DNA of 64,000 nt from an archaeon GW2011_AR15 (GTDB lineage: Archaea > Nanobdellota > Nanobdellia > Woesearchaeales > GW2011-AR15): contig CP010425.1 in the NCBI GenBank assembly GCA_000830295.1, forward strand, positions 960,001 to 1,024,000, given 5' to 3'. Numbering within the stretch: position 1 is the first letter of the stretch; the number at the start of each line of letters is the position of its first letter. Made by a program: the position numbers and the translations under genes. Under the pieces are notes generated by a model, which was given only the letters and a program-made list of their open reading frames with translations, did not search any database and was not told where the DNA came from. Below, piece by piece: positions 30,070 to 39,489 of the stretch.

Positions 30070-30852
30070 CTATCCAAACCTCCCGGTCACATAATCCTCA
30101 AGAGTCTTGTCCTTTGGATTGACAAATGTATCTTCCCTGGTTCCAAAATGATGGAGGTATCCTTTCCTGCTGCCGTCGCTGTCATCAACATTGAGGAAGA
30201 TTACCCAGTCAGCAATCCTTGCAGCCTGCTGTATGTTGTGCGTCACAAGCACGATTGTCCTTTCTTTTTTGAACTCATTGATAAGGTCCTCAATCCTTTT
30301 TGTTGCAATCGGGTCGAGCGCAGAGCACGGCTCATCCATTAAGATAACATCAGGGTTCACTGCAAGCGCCCTGGCAATGCAGAGCCTCTGCTGCTGCCCT
30401 CCTGATAATGCATAAGCTGATTTTTTTAAATTATCTTTAACTTCATCCCATAATGCAGATTTCTTCAGTATGTATTCAACGTGCTCGTCCATATTTCCTC
30501 TATAGCCATTTATTCTCGCTCCCCATGCAACATTTTCATATATGGATTTCGGAAAAGGGTTCGGCTTCTGGAATACCATGCCTATGTGCCTTCTTACCTC
30601 CACAGGGTCAACTGATTTACTGTCAGGATTGTATATATTCAGTCCCCTGTATAGCACTTGGCCCTCTGTTTTGCTGTGCGGGATAAGCTCGTTCATCCTG
30701 TTCATTGCCCTTATGAATGTAGATTTTCCGGAGCCGGATGAACCGATTATGGCAGTAACCTGATTCTCATATATATCAACACTAACAGGTTTAAGAACAC
30801 TCCTGCCGTTGTAAGAAACAGAGACATCTCTTAACTCGATGATGGGGTTCAT
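30070..30852 (-). CDS. pstB: Phosphate ABC transporter ATPase
   Basis: [50 protein letters not shown] and YVTGRFG motifs. Confidence 0.95.
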   Translation of the reverse strand: MNPIIELRDVSVSYNGRSVLKPVSVDIYENQVTAIIGSSGSGKSTFIRAMNRMNELIPHSKTEGQVLYRGLNIYNPDSKSVDPVEVRRHIGMVFQKPNPFPKSIYENVAWGARINGYRGNMDEHVEYILKKSALWDEVKDNLKKSAYALSGGQQQRLCIARALAVNPDVILMDEPCSALDPIATKRIEDLINEFKKERTIVLVTHNIQQAARIADWVIFLNVDDSDGSRKGYLHHFGTREDTFVNPKDKTLEDYVTGRFG

Positions 30853-30972
30853 CACTATTATGCAGAAACCCTTTGTTTTATTAATTTTTACTATAACTCT
30901 GGGGAGGCTGGGAGCAGGACTTTTGGTTTTTCAAGGCAAAATTTTAAATACAAACCTGAATTAAGCATTCTT

Positions 30973-32043
30973 ATGGGTATTTTTGACAGGATGCTTGGGG
31001 ATTCTGAATCGCTGTTCATGGACCCTGTTCCACTTGACTATGATTTCATGCCTAAACTTGTGCCGTACAGGGAGAAAGAGCAGCAACAGATAGCTGTTGC
31101 TATAAAGCCTCTTTTTTCAAACAGGAACGGGAAGAACATACTTATCCATGGTCCGCCGGGAGTGGGAAAGACCGTTGCAGTGCGCCATGTCCTCAATGAG
31201 CTTGGCGAGAAGACAGACGATATTATCCCCATCTACATAAACACCTGGCAGAAGAACACCACATTTAAGATAGTGATTGAGCTGTGCGACCAGCTGGACT
31301 ATAAATTCACGCATAACAAGAAGACAGAAGAGCTTTTCAACATAGTCCAGAAGGACCTTAACAAGAAATCCGTGGTGTTCTGTTTTGATGAGATAGACAA
31401 GGTGGAAGACCTTGATTTCCTCTATATGCTGCTGGAGCAGATATACAGGAAGACCATAATCATGATAACAAACTACAAGTCATGGGCAATTGAGATGGAT
31501 GAGAGGATAAAATCCAGGCTCTCCCTTGAATTTCTCGAGTTCAGGAAGTACACACCTGCCGAAGTTACAGGGATACTGAAGGAGAGGCTCAGGTATGCGT
31601 TTGTCCCTGATGTCTGGCAGCCTGAGGCATTCAATATTGCAGCAGAGAAGACAGCTGAGATAGGCGACATCAGGACAGGGCTCTACATACTCAGGGAAGC
31701 AGGCAATATTGCAGAGAACAGGGCATCAAGGAAAATAGAGTCTAAAGACACAGAAGAAGCCATTAAAAAAATTTCTGAGATGAAGGTTAAAAAGACAGCA
31801 GAGCTTAAGGATGACGAGCAGGCAATACTTGACCTTATAAAAAACAATTCAGGAAAGAAAATAGGAGACCTTTTCAGCATCTACAAGGAAAAGGGAGGGG
31901 AGGGAGTGTACAAGACATTCCAGAGAAAAATAGAATTCCTCAGCAGGAACAAGTTCATCTCAACAGAAAAACAGCTCGGCGGAACAGAGGGCACGACCAC
32001 AATAGTGAAATATGAAAGGGATGCCAAACTGGATGAATACTAA
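30973..32043 (+). CDS. cdc6: Orc1/Cdc6 replication initiator family AAA+ ATPase
   Basis: DFMPKLVPYRE, GPPGVGKT, FDEID, RIKSRL and GDIR motifs; short C-terminal wH region. Confidence 0.9.
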   Translation: MGIFDRMLGDSESLFMDPVPLDYDFMPKLVPYREKEQQQIAVAIKPLFSNRNGKNILIHGPPGVGKTVAVRHVLNELGEKTDDIIPIYINTWQKNTTFKIVIELCDQLDYKFTHNKKTEELFNIVQKDLNKKSVVFCFDEIDKVEDLDFLYMLLEQIYRKTIIMITNYKSWAIEMDERIKSRLSLEFLEFRKYTPAEVTGILKERLRYAFVPDVWQPEAFNIAAEKTAEIGDIRTGLYILREAGNIAENRASRKIESKDTEEAIKKISEMKVKKTAELKDDEQAILDLIKNNSGKKIGDLFSIYKEKGGEGVYKTFQRKIEFLSRNKFISTEKQLGGTEGTTTIVKYERDAKLDEY

Positions 32044-32077
32044 ATTTTAAATACTACTCTGACTTGTCATTTTTTCT

Positions 32078-32713
32078 ATGGGGGAAGATTCAGCAATCAC
32101 TTTTGAGTCGCTTTATAATCTCGTGAGAAATGAGAAAGTAAATGAGGCTATCCAGAAACTCAGCCCAGATATACACAGCGAGATAATAAGCTATCTCAAC
32201 ACCAAAATAAGCATATACAAGGACGCGAAAGCCAAGAACCTGAATCCTGATGAAGCCGAGAAAATCAGAACCCAGATTGTAAGCGCGAGGAAGCTCATAA
32301 AAGAGATTTATGAGAGGAGGGAAAGGAAAATCCTGCAGCTTGCAATCAACAAAAGCAGGATAAGGAAAGTTGATGAAACCACTTTGCTCACGCATGAGAG
32401 AATGCTGCTTGATGAAGTGACAGAGATTCTTGACACTTACAGGAAAGATATCCTGCTCAGCCTTGTGAATGCAAAGCTCCCTTCAGGATCTCCGCAGCAG
32501 GAAAAAAAGGAAGCAGCTGAGCCTGAAGAGGAAGATATGGTCCAGGAAGCAGAGGAAGTAATCTTGATTGAGGTGAAATTCACAAAGCCTGTCCCGAAAT
32601 TCTTAGGGAAAGAAGCTGAGGTTCTCGGGCCTTTTAATCCAGGTGATACTGCAAAGCTGGATAAGGACATTGCGAATATCCTGATAACTAAAGAACACGC
32701 AATAAAAATTTAG
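32078..32713 (+). CDS. GINS subunit (Gins51/Gins15 type)
   Basis: Helical A domain (IYERRERKILQLA) then B domain (VPKFLG...GPFNPGDTAKL...ANILI); directly after cdc6. Confidence 0.8.
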   Translation: MGEDSAITFESLYNLVRNEKVNEAIQKLSPDIHSEIISYLNTKISIYKDAKAKNLNPDEAEKIRTQIVSARKLIKEIYERRERKILQLAINKSRIRKVDETTLLTHERMLLDEVTEILDTYRKDILLSLVNAKLPSGSPQQEKKEAAEPEEEDMVQEAEEVILIEVKFTKPVPKFLGKEAEVLGPFNPGDTAKLDKDIANILITKEHAIKI

Positions 32714-33018
32714 ACAAGTTCTAATCTCTTTGTCCTGAAACCCTTTCTCTGAAGGTGGTATTTCTTGCAGACACTGCACTGGAATTTCAAATCTGTCTTT
32801 TTAGTCTGCTTCTTTCCTGTCATCTTGAATTTTGTGACAGCCGGCTTGGAATACCTGCCTAGGTTACCGAAACCCCTGGCCCTTCCCCTTTTTCTTGCCC
32901 TTACTTTAGAACCATAGCTGAGACTGCTGGGCTGGCCTTTCTTCACTTCAAAGACTTTATGCTCTGTATGCTTCCTGCATGTAGGGCAGTAAGTCCTCTT
33001 TGTCTTGGGCATTTTCAT
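32710..33018 (-). CDS. rpl44e: 50S ribosomal protein L44e
   Basis: MKMPK..RTYCPTCRKHTEH...KQTKK.DLKFQCSVCKK zinc-ribbon pattern. Confidence 0.95.
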   Translation of the reverse strand: MKMPKTKRTYCPTCRKHTEHKVFEVKKGQPSSLSYGSKVRARKRGRARGFGNLGRYSKPAVTKFKMTGKKQTKKTDLKFQCSVCKKYHLQRKGFRTKRLELV

Positions 33019-33057
33019 GCTACTCTGGAAAAAAGGGGGATTTAAAAAGGTTTCTAA

Positions 33058-34494
33058 TTAAGAATAAGAGGGAATATTCTCATACATGAATTCCTGACCC
33101 TTTAGGTTTTTGCTGGCCCAACTCCATTCAGGAAACAGACCCATTTTATTGAATTCTCTTGCCAAGTCCAAAGCATAGCTGAAATACCCTCTGGAAGGAG
33201 CCCGCCCAAAGCCAATAGTGTAGTTTGGTATTCCGGGGTCAACTGTGCCTGTCCTGAACTGCCTGATGAAATTTTTCATGAATAATTTTTGCATGTCAAG
33301 AGTATTGAAAACATCTCCGTTGCTTCTTCTTTCCTGCATATGAAAATATCTTATTGAGCAGCTCTCAATATTGTTGAAATCAGCCTCAGGATTCTCGTAT
33401 GCCCATTTTATGAGGTTTTTCGACTCATCAGAGTATCCATCAAACATTGTTTTTACCTTAGGTATTTTAAGAAGGTCTTTTACAATGTGTTCGTCCTGCC
33501 CGCCATCATAGCTGAGAAGAGCAACTTTTTCAAGAGTGTCCTCTAGGTCGCCGTCATTTATGCCGTCAAAGCCCTTCCTCCCAAAAAGGAACCATCCCCA
33601 TATTCTCGCCATGAAATCAGAAGTCCCTGCATTTTTAGGGGCTTTGAATACTCTTATATATCCGTTGCTTAGGTCTTCATTCTGCTCTGAAATTCCCGGG
33701 ACAACAATTCCCATATCATGAAAGCTAGGCAAATAAGCATTGTAGAATCTTTGCAGGGTTTCCATTTTGGAAACAGTTTCATCAAGGCCAAGCTCCTTTC
33801 TTACATCTGTCTGGGACAGCGATTTCATATCATGGGCAAAGCCATCAATGCCATATTGTTCTATCAGCCTTTTCCTGCTCAGTGTGACGCTTGTTCCTGC
33901 CCCTATCTCCTTAACTCCGGAGATTGCTCTCCAGTAGTCACTGTCCATGACTCCCAGGCTCATAAGACTTGTAACAAGATATGCATCAGCTTCCTTCTGG
34001 CTCGCAAACCTGTTGTCATTGCCGCCATTAGCTATATTGACAAGTGAATTCCTGTAATTATCGATATAATTCTGCACAGAAAGCATCAGTTCACGCGGTG
34101 TTTTTTTCATTAACCGTTTTTCATGCCATACAGCCAGTATGTCATGTGGGGTTGTATTGACATATGGCATGCCTATTGCATCCATATACTCCTCTTTGCT
34201 CGTTATATCTCTTGGAACCTTTACATTATACTCTCTGCGCATGTTTCTCCTGTTTTTGAACAAAAATCTAAGGGCATTATTGAGATGGCCGCTGGACATA
34301 TGGCCCTGAATTGAAAGAGCCCTTATGGCAGCATCCAGATCAGGATCAGTAAAGCCTTTTAATGTAACCCTCTCCCTGAAGTCCAGGGTGTCAGCAACAA
34401 CCAGGCCAGAAAATAAACCATAATCAGGAGAGCCTTTCTGAGCCATGTCGATTCTTAAATCTAAAGAACCAGTGTATCTGCCATAAGCCCCCAT
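33058..34494 (-). CDS. Hypothetical protein (478 aa)
   Basis: Long ORF; start moved to ATG 34494 (MGAYGRY) to avoid overlap with mtnP. No recognisable motif. Confidence 0.7.
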   Translation of the reverse strand: MGAYGRYTGSLDLRIDMAQKGSPDYGLFSGLVVADTLDFRERVTLKGFTDPDLDAAIRALSIQGHMSSGHLNNALRFLFKNRRNMRREYNVKVPRDITSKEEYMDAIGMPYVNTTPHDILAVWHEKRLMKKTPRELMLSVQNYIDNYRNSLVNIANGGNDNRFASQKEADAYLVTSLMSLGVMDSDYWRAISGVKEIGAGTSVTLSRKRLIEQYGIDGFAHDMKSLSQTDVRKELGLDETVSKMETLQRFYNAYLPSFHDMGIVVPGISEQNEDLSNGYIRVFKAPKNAGTSDFMARIWGWFLFGRKGFDGINDGDLEDTLEKVALLSYDGGQDEHIVKDLLKIPKVKTMFDGYSDESKNLIKWAYENPEADFNNIESCSIRYFHMQERRSNGDVFNTLDMQKLFMKNFIRQFRTGTVDPGIPNYTIGFGRAPSRGYFSYALDLAREFNKMGLFPEWSWASKNLKGQEFMYENIPSYS

Positions 34495-34605
34495 TGCCAA
34501 ATCATTTTTTTGATTATTATTAAACCTTTCCACCACATATGTTCTCAAAAACAGATATATTTTTAAAGTGGTTTTTCGCATGTATGTGCTGGGTGATTTA
34601 CAGGT

Positions 34606-35388
34606 ATGGCGATAGGGATTATTGGGGGGACAGGGGTATATGACCCGGATCTTCTTGAAAGTATAGAGCAGGTAAAGGTCGAGACGCCTTTCGGAGAGCC
34701 ATCTGGCCTCATAACAAAGGGGAAGATTGAAGGCAAGGATATAGTTATAATCCCAAGGCACGGAAGCAAGCATTCTTTCAATCCGGGCAAAGTGCCGTAC
34801 AGGGCAAATATCTGGGCCATGAAGCAGCTCGGAGTTACAAAACTGATTTCTGTCTCTGCTGTGGGTTCATTGAAAGAGGACATAAAGCCCGGTGATTTTG
34901 TTTTCACAGACCAGTTCATAGACAGGACAACAAAAAGGGATCAGACATTTTATGAAGAAGATAAGGTCTGCCATATCTCAGTTGCAGAGCCTTTCTGCAG
35001 GGGGCTGAGGGGAAAGCTTGTCCCAAGGGCAAAAGAGCTAGGATACCACTTTCATGAGAACGGAACATGCGTTGTAATAGAGGGCCCCAGATTCAGCACA
35101 AAGGCAGAATCCAGCCTTTTCAGGTCATGGGACGCTGATATAATTAATATGACTCTCGTTCCTGAGGCAGTGCTTGCAAGGGAAGCTGAGATGTGCTACG
35201 CAAACATTGCAATGGTTACAGACTACGATGTCTGGCATGACAAGCCTGTGAGCAATGAGGAAGTTCTGAAGACAATGAAGCAGAACATAGAGAAAGTAAG
35301 GAAGCTCCTTATGGCAGTTGTGCAGGACATTGACGATACAAAAGTCTGCCCCCAGTGCAACCAGGCATTAAAGGATGCAATGATGTGA
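34606..35388 (+). CDS. mtnP: 5'-methylthioadenosine phosphorylase
   Basis: IGIIGGTG, PRHG, YRANIWA, DQFIDRT, EGPRFSTKAES, NMT.VPE and VTDYD motifs. Confidence 0.95.
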   Translation: MAIGIIGGTGVYDPDLLESIEQVKVETPFGEPSGLITKGKIEGKDIVIIPRHGSKHSFNPGKVPYRANIWAMKQLGVTKLISVSAVGSLKEDIKPGDFVFTDQFIDRTTKRDQTFYEEDKVCHISVAEPFCRGLRGKLVPRAKELGYHFHENGTCVVIEGPRFSTKAESSLFRSWDADIINMTLVPEAVLAREAEMCYANIAMVTDYDVWHDKPVSNEEVLKTMKQNIEKVRKLLMAVVQDIDDTKVCPQCNQALKDAMM

Positions 35389-35431
35389 TTTTCCAGCAAA
35401 TTTATTAAACATAGTTGTTTCTGAGCATAGT

Positions 35432-36208
35432 ATGAAAGTCTCGCTTAATCCAAGAAAATCTGTTGAAGAGAATGCAGCAGAATACTTTGAGAAGTCAAAA
35501 AAAGCCAAGAGAAAAATAGAGGGGGCTAAAAAAGCCCTTGAGGAAACAAGAAAAAAGCTTAGCAGGATAGACGAGCTAATAAAAAAAGAGCAGGAGATAC
35601 AGGACAGGCCTGAAAGAAAAAAAGAGTGGTATGAGAAGTTCAGGTGGTTCTATACATCAGATGATATGCTGTTCATAGCTGGAAGGGATGCAACTACAAA
35701 TGAGATTATAGTAAAGAAACATACAGAGAAGAATGACCTTGTTTTCCATTCAGAGATGGCAGGCAGCCCCTTCGGAGCATTGAAAACAGAAGGCAGGATC
35801 CCCGGGGAAAAAGCCGTCCGGGAGTGCAGCCAGTTCATTGCCTGCTACTCAAAGGCATGGAAAGGCGGAAGCACCATAACTGATGTTTTCTATGTGAACC
35901 CGGACCAGGTTACAAAAGAAGCGCCTTCAGGAGAATACATAGGCAAGGGCTCTTTCATGATTTACGGCAAGAAAAATATTGTTACAGCAGAGCTGAAGCT
36001 TTTCATCGGAAAAACTAATGACGGGAAAATAATGCCTGGTCCAGAATCAGCAGTGAAAAAGCACTGTAAAGAGTATATCCAGATAAGGCAGGGCGATGAA
36101 AAAACAAGCAGCCTGGCAAAAAAATTAAGGGCAATACTTAATTCTGATGACCTGGATGACATAATAAAAGTTATCCCGGTAGGAAGCGCATTGATGCAGA
36201 AGAGATAG
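35432..36208 (+). CDS. Short NFACT-R (DUF814) RNA-binding protein, Rqc2/NEMF-related
   Basis: ENAAEYFEKSKKAKRK coiled coil; WYEKFRWF, GRDATTNE and QVTKEAPSGEY..KGSFMIYGK motifs. Confidence 0.88.
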   Translation: MKVSLNPRKSVEENAAEYFEKSKKAKRKIEGAKKALEETRKKLSRIDELIKKEQEIQDRPERKKEWYEKFRWFYTSDDMLFIAGRDATTNEIIVKKHTEKNDLVFHSEMAGSPFGALKTEGRIPGEKAVRECSQFIACYSKAWKGGSTITDVFYVNPDQVTKEAPSGEYIGKGSFMIYGKKNIVTAELKLFIGKTNDGKIMPGPESAVKKHCKEYIQIRQGDEKTSSLAKKLRAILNSDDLDDIIKVIPVGSALMQKR

Positions 36209-36209
36209 C

Positions 36210-36473
36210 ATGGCTGACATAAAAGAATTAAAAGAGAAAACCAGGAATCTTGAGCCCATAATCAGGATAGGGAAGAACGGCCTGAATGAAAATGTGCTTC
36301 TTGAAATAGAAAAATTAGTTAAAAAGAGGAAACTCATAAAGATAAAAATACTGAATAACTGCCAGCAGGATAAAAATGAAATTATTGATACTGTTCTTCA
36401 AAAGACTAAAGCACTTCTTGTCGGAGAAGTTGGAAATACATTCTCTGTTTTCAGAGAAAAGCAAGAGAAATAA
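36210..36473 (+). CDS. yhbY: YhbY/CRM-domain RNA-binding protein
   Basis: LEPIIRIGKNGL...LIKIKIL...VGNT motif pattern. Confidence 0.88.
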   Translation: MADIKELKEKTRNLEPIIRIGKNGLNENVLLEIEKLVKKRKLIKIKILNNCQQDKNEIIDTVLQKTKALLVGEVGNTFSVFREKQEK

Positions 36474-37005
36474 GTATATACTTAGACTTTTCCTTGTGTT
36501 TGCAATATTTTTATTTCTCATTTTTACTTTTAGTGCATTCAGGAAAATAACAGTCCTTATGCTGTTCATAACAGCAAATTATGTCTTTGCCTTCTTAAAG
36601 AGAAAGGTGCCGTTTTCTTTTGTAAGAAAATACCTTTTCGGCCTTGAAATAATAATGATATGCACAGTTGCAACGAGCATTGCAATGGGGCCCAAAACAG
36701 GCGCAGTGATGGGAGGGCTTCTTATGATTGTAAACTATCTTGCTGAAGGCAGATCCTCAGAGTATTTTATAGTAACTATCCTGCTCTATACAATTGCAGG
36801 GTACGCTGCCTATTATTATAGGAGCTATGATTTTATTGCCCTCGGTGTACTTATTACCTCCATATACAATTTCTTTGCATTTATATTTTCAAAATTAATG
36901 GGGGCAAATACAGTGACTCTCCTTGTATTCAGCGCTGTGAATATAGCTTCAAATATACTTCTTTTTACAATCTACGGGAATTTTGTGCTGGGTCTGCTTT
37001 CCTAG
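36376..37005 (+). CDS. Multi-pass membrane protein (ECF S-component-like); true start probably downstream
   Basis: About 6 hydrophobic helices with GLE...MGPKTGAVMG. The annotated start overlaps yhbY by about 100 bp. Confidence 0.55.
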   Translation: MKLLILFFKRLKHFLSEKLEIHSLFSEKSKRNKYILRLFLVFAIFLFLIFTFSAFRKITVLMLFITANYVFAFLKRKVPFSFVRKYLFGLEIIMICTVATSIAMGPKTGAVMGGLLMIVNYLAEGRSSEYFIVTILLYTIAGYAAYYYRSYDFIALGVLITSIYNFFAFIFSKLMGANTVTLLVFSAVNIASNILLFTIYGNFVLGLLS

Positions 37006-37011
37006 AAAAAA

Positions 37012-37105
37012 ACGCCAGCGCCCGGATTCCCAAATGAGCAAAGCGAATGGGTGCCAAAAATCTGTGATTTTTGAGCATGTTCAAATCCGGCAATCTAAAA
37101 AATAG
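37012..37105 (-). repeat. Duplicated tRNA-Ser(TGA) 3' end plus 77-bp hairpin cassette
   Basis: ACGCCAGCGCCCGGATT at 37012-37028 equals 37106-37122. The spacer contains hairpins CCCA-aatGAGCAAAGCGAA-TGGG and CAAAAATC-tgt-GATTTTTG, and an inverted T-arm copy GTTCAAATCCGG. Confidence 0.85.
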
Positions 37106-37106
37106 A

Positions 37107-37212
37107 CGCCAGCGCCCGGATTTGAACCGGGAATCCCCGAAGGGACCAGCTTGCTTTTCCTGATTACTCAGGTACTCAAGGCTGGCGCAATACCGGGTTA
37201 TGCGACGCTGGC
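37107..37212 (-). tRNA. tRNA-Ser(TGA) with a 23-nt intron at 37/38 (37152-37174)
   Basis: Minus strand: acceptor GCCAGCG/CGCTGGC plus G; anticodon arm CCAGC-CTTGAG|A-GCTGG; variable arm TCCCTTCGGGGA; T arm CCCGG-TTCAAAT-CCGGG; intron hairpin CCTGA-gtaa-TCAGG. Confidence 0.92.
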
Positions 37213-37254
37213 ATACAAAAGACAGAAAAAAACCCTGTATTTATATATTATGTT

Positions 37255-38277
37255 TTAGGCCGAGTCTATCTTGTATATTTTCAGCAGTGCAGTCATAATA
37301 GACAGTATAACTGGGCCGAGGACAACCCCGATGATTCCGAACGTGGTAATTCCGCCGACAATGCCGAGTATAATAAGCACAGGATGCACATTAACCTTCC
37401 CGCTTATGACAACAGGCTTCACAACATTGTCCACCATGCTTATCACTCCAATACCGAATGCAAGCAGCGCAAGCCCCCTAAACACGCCGGCTGTTGAGCC
37501 TGAGGAAATCAAGGGGACAACAATCATTGTTATGCTTATGGGGATATAGGCAAATGCAGGCCCTACCATGGGTATGACTGAGAACACAAGAGTCAGCAGG
37601 CCGAAGAAGAGTGGGACCCGAAGCCCGAGAACATAGTATGCAGCAGTCGCAAGTATTGCCTGGAGTATTGCAGTAACCACCTGTCCATATATTACAGCAT
37701 CCATTGTATTTTTTACTTCGCCTATCAATATCTGGCTCTTTGCTTTGCCGAAAGGGAGATATGCCCTAATGCTGTTTACCAACACATCCCCGTCTTTGAA
37801 AAAGAAGAACAGGAAAAGAATGGCCAGAGTGAAGTTCAGTATCCTCCCGGGAACTGATGTGAGGATTGCACGGAGGTTTTCCAGCAGGGAAGAGATGAAT
37901 CCGTCAATTACCCCGTTAAAATTTGACTCCACACCGACACTGCTCAGGATATTCTGGTATAAGCTGACAAGAGTCCCTGTATCACTGGCATAGCCTGAAA
38001 GCCATATATATACTGAAGGGATCTCCTTTATGAGGACATTCACAACATAGAAGACCGGGATTGTAATGATAAGAAGCACAAGCACACATATCAGGAGAGA
38101 GGCCAGCCAGTCGTATCTTATGGCTTTCCTGGCTACTTTGTAGAGAGGATAAAACAGATATGCTATGATCAGTGCACCAAGCATGGTCATTAAGTAAGGC
38201 CTGAACATGACAAAGGAGAGATAGGTAAGCAGAATCAGCATAAAGAGAGGACCGTAGTTCCTGTACAGGTCTTTCAT
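37255..38277 (-). CDS. AI-2E family transporter (UPF0118/PerM)
   Basis: AYLFYPLY, FFFFKDG, IPMVGP, DNVVKP and HP...GG...FGIIGVVLGP motifs. Start placed at MKDLY. Confidence 0.92.
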   Translation of the reverse strand: MKDLYRNYGPLFMLILLTYLSFVMFRPYLMTMLGALIIAYLFYPLYKVARKAIRYDWLASLLICVLVLLIITIPVFYVVNVLIKEIPSVYIWLSGYASDTGTLVSLYQNILSSVGVESNFNGVIDGFISSLLENLRAILTSVPGRILNFTLAILFLFFFFKDGDVLVNSIRAYLPFGKAKSQILIGEVKNTMDAVIYGQVVTAILQAILATAAYYVLGLRVPLFFGLLTLVFSVIPMVGPAFAYIPISITMIVVPLISSGSTAGVFRGLALLAFGIGVISMVDNVVKPVVISGKVNVHPVLIILGIVGGITTFGIIGVVLGPVILSIMTALLKIYKIDSA

Positions 38278-38363
38278 CCTAACTCTTTTGTTAAATACAG
38301 TATTTATATCTATCGGTTTTAGAGAGGACAAAATATATATACCTCTCATGATAATTACAACCT

Positions 38364-38624
38364 ATGAAATTTCATTTCATCAGCTCGGTAATATTCAGCG
38401 TATTGCTGGCCCTCATGGCGCTCAATGGCAATATCAAAATCAGGATGCTCTACATGGCAGGGGTGCTTGTGCTGTTCTATGTTACCCTTATCTCATTTGC
38501 CCTTGATTATGATGCACAGAGGAGAAAACAGTGGAGAGAAAAAGAGAAGAAAGTGTCAGAAGAGGTATATCAGAAGTTTGTAAAGCGGCACAGAAAATCC
38601 AGGCCAAAAAGAAAACATAAATAA
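38364..38624 (+). CDS. Small membrane protein with basic tail
   Basis: Two TM helices and a K/R-rich C-terminus. Confidence 0.6.
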   Translation: MKFHFISSVIFSVLLALMALNGNIKIRMLYMAGVLVLFYVTLISFALDYDAQRRKQWREKEKKVSEEVYQKFVKRHRKSRPKRKHK

Positions 38625-38647
38625 ATCATCAGGAATTTTCAGTTCTA

Positions 38648-39484
38648 ATGCACTTTGCAATCATTGTCTCAAAAAAAGATATAGCAGGCATGAACATAAG
38701 GAAAAACCTGCTGGAGATGTTTGATTTTTCTGAGAACGGAGAGTTCCCGGGCAGCAAAACATACAGCCTTAATTCTGATAAAAACATGGTAACATTATAC
38801 ACTATAGACGGAGACACTATTGTTTTTGAGGCAGCAGAGCAGGAGATAGAGGCAGATTATTTTATTTTTGCCACAAGGCACCAGAGCAAGTCAGGGGAAA
38901 AGACGCTTTCAGTGCACTTCCCCGGAAATTTCGGCGAGGCATCTGATTATGGGGGCAGAACAGGGGAGTTATGCACAGCTCCGGCAGGACTGCTGAAAGA
39001 GGGATTTAAGCTGCTTTCTGCTTCTGAAGACATAGGCTTCAGCATAACGCTTGAGGCAACGCACCATGGCCCGTTCATCAGGAAGCCGGTATTATTTATT
39101 GAAATCGGCTCAAGGGAAGAGCAGTGGTCAGATGCCAGAGCAGGAAAGATAACGGCAAAAATAATAATTGAAATGATTAAAAATTACAACCCAGAGAAAA
39201 AATATGAGACTGCAATCGGGTTCGGGGGAACTCACTACTGCAACAGCTTCAACAGAGCTGAGGCAAGCAGGGAAATTGCAATGAGCCACATCTGCCCGAA
39301 GCATTCCATTTCACAGCTTGATGAGACAATGGTAAAGAAAATGATTGATTCAACGCATGAAAAAGTGGACTATGCGCTCATAGACTGGAAAGGAATGTCA
39401 GCTGATGACAGAAACAGGGTAATAGGAATTCTTGATAATTTAGGGGTTGAGTGGAAGAAGACTAAGGGATTGGGAACTGAATAG
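38648..39484 (+). CDS. dtdA: D-aminoacyl-tRNA deacylase (archaeal DTD2)
   Basis: FATRHQS, LSVHFPGN, EATHHGP, FIEIGS, GFGGTHY and HICPK motifs. Confidence 0.94.
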   Translation: MHFAIIVSKKDIAGMNIRKNLLEMFDFSENGEFPGSKTYSLNSDKNMVTLYTIDGDTIVFEAAEQEIEADYFIFATRHQSKSGEKTLSVHFPGNFGEASDYGGRTGELCTAPAGLLKEGFKLLSASEDIGFSITLEATHHGPFIRKPVLFIEIGSREEQWSDARAGKITAKIIIEMIKNYNPEKKYETAIGFGGTHYCNSFNRAEASREIAMSHICPKHSISQLDETMVKKMIDSTHEKVDYALIDWKGMSADDRNRVIGILDNLGVEWKKTKGLGTE

Positions 39485-39489
39485 GAATC

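Noticed and set aside
30856-30972. oriC upstream of cdc6
   Set aside because: Short spacer with a G-rich patch but no repeated ORB consensus. Isolated GGAAA...GGGG strings near 30000, 33030 and 41070 are single and unconvincing.
34495-34773. N-terminal extension of the 571-aa ORF
   Set aside because: Overlaps divergent mtnP and the AT-rich promoter region; ATG 34494 is the more plausible start.
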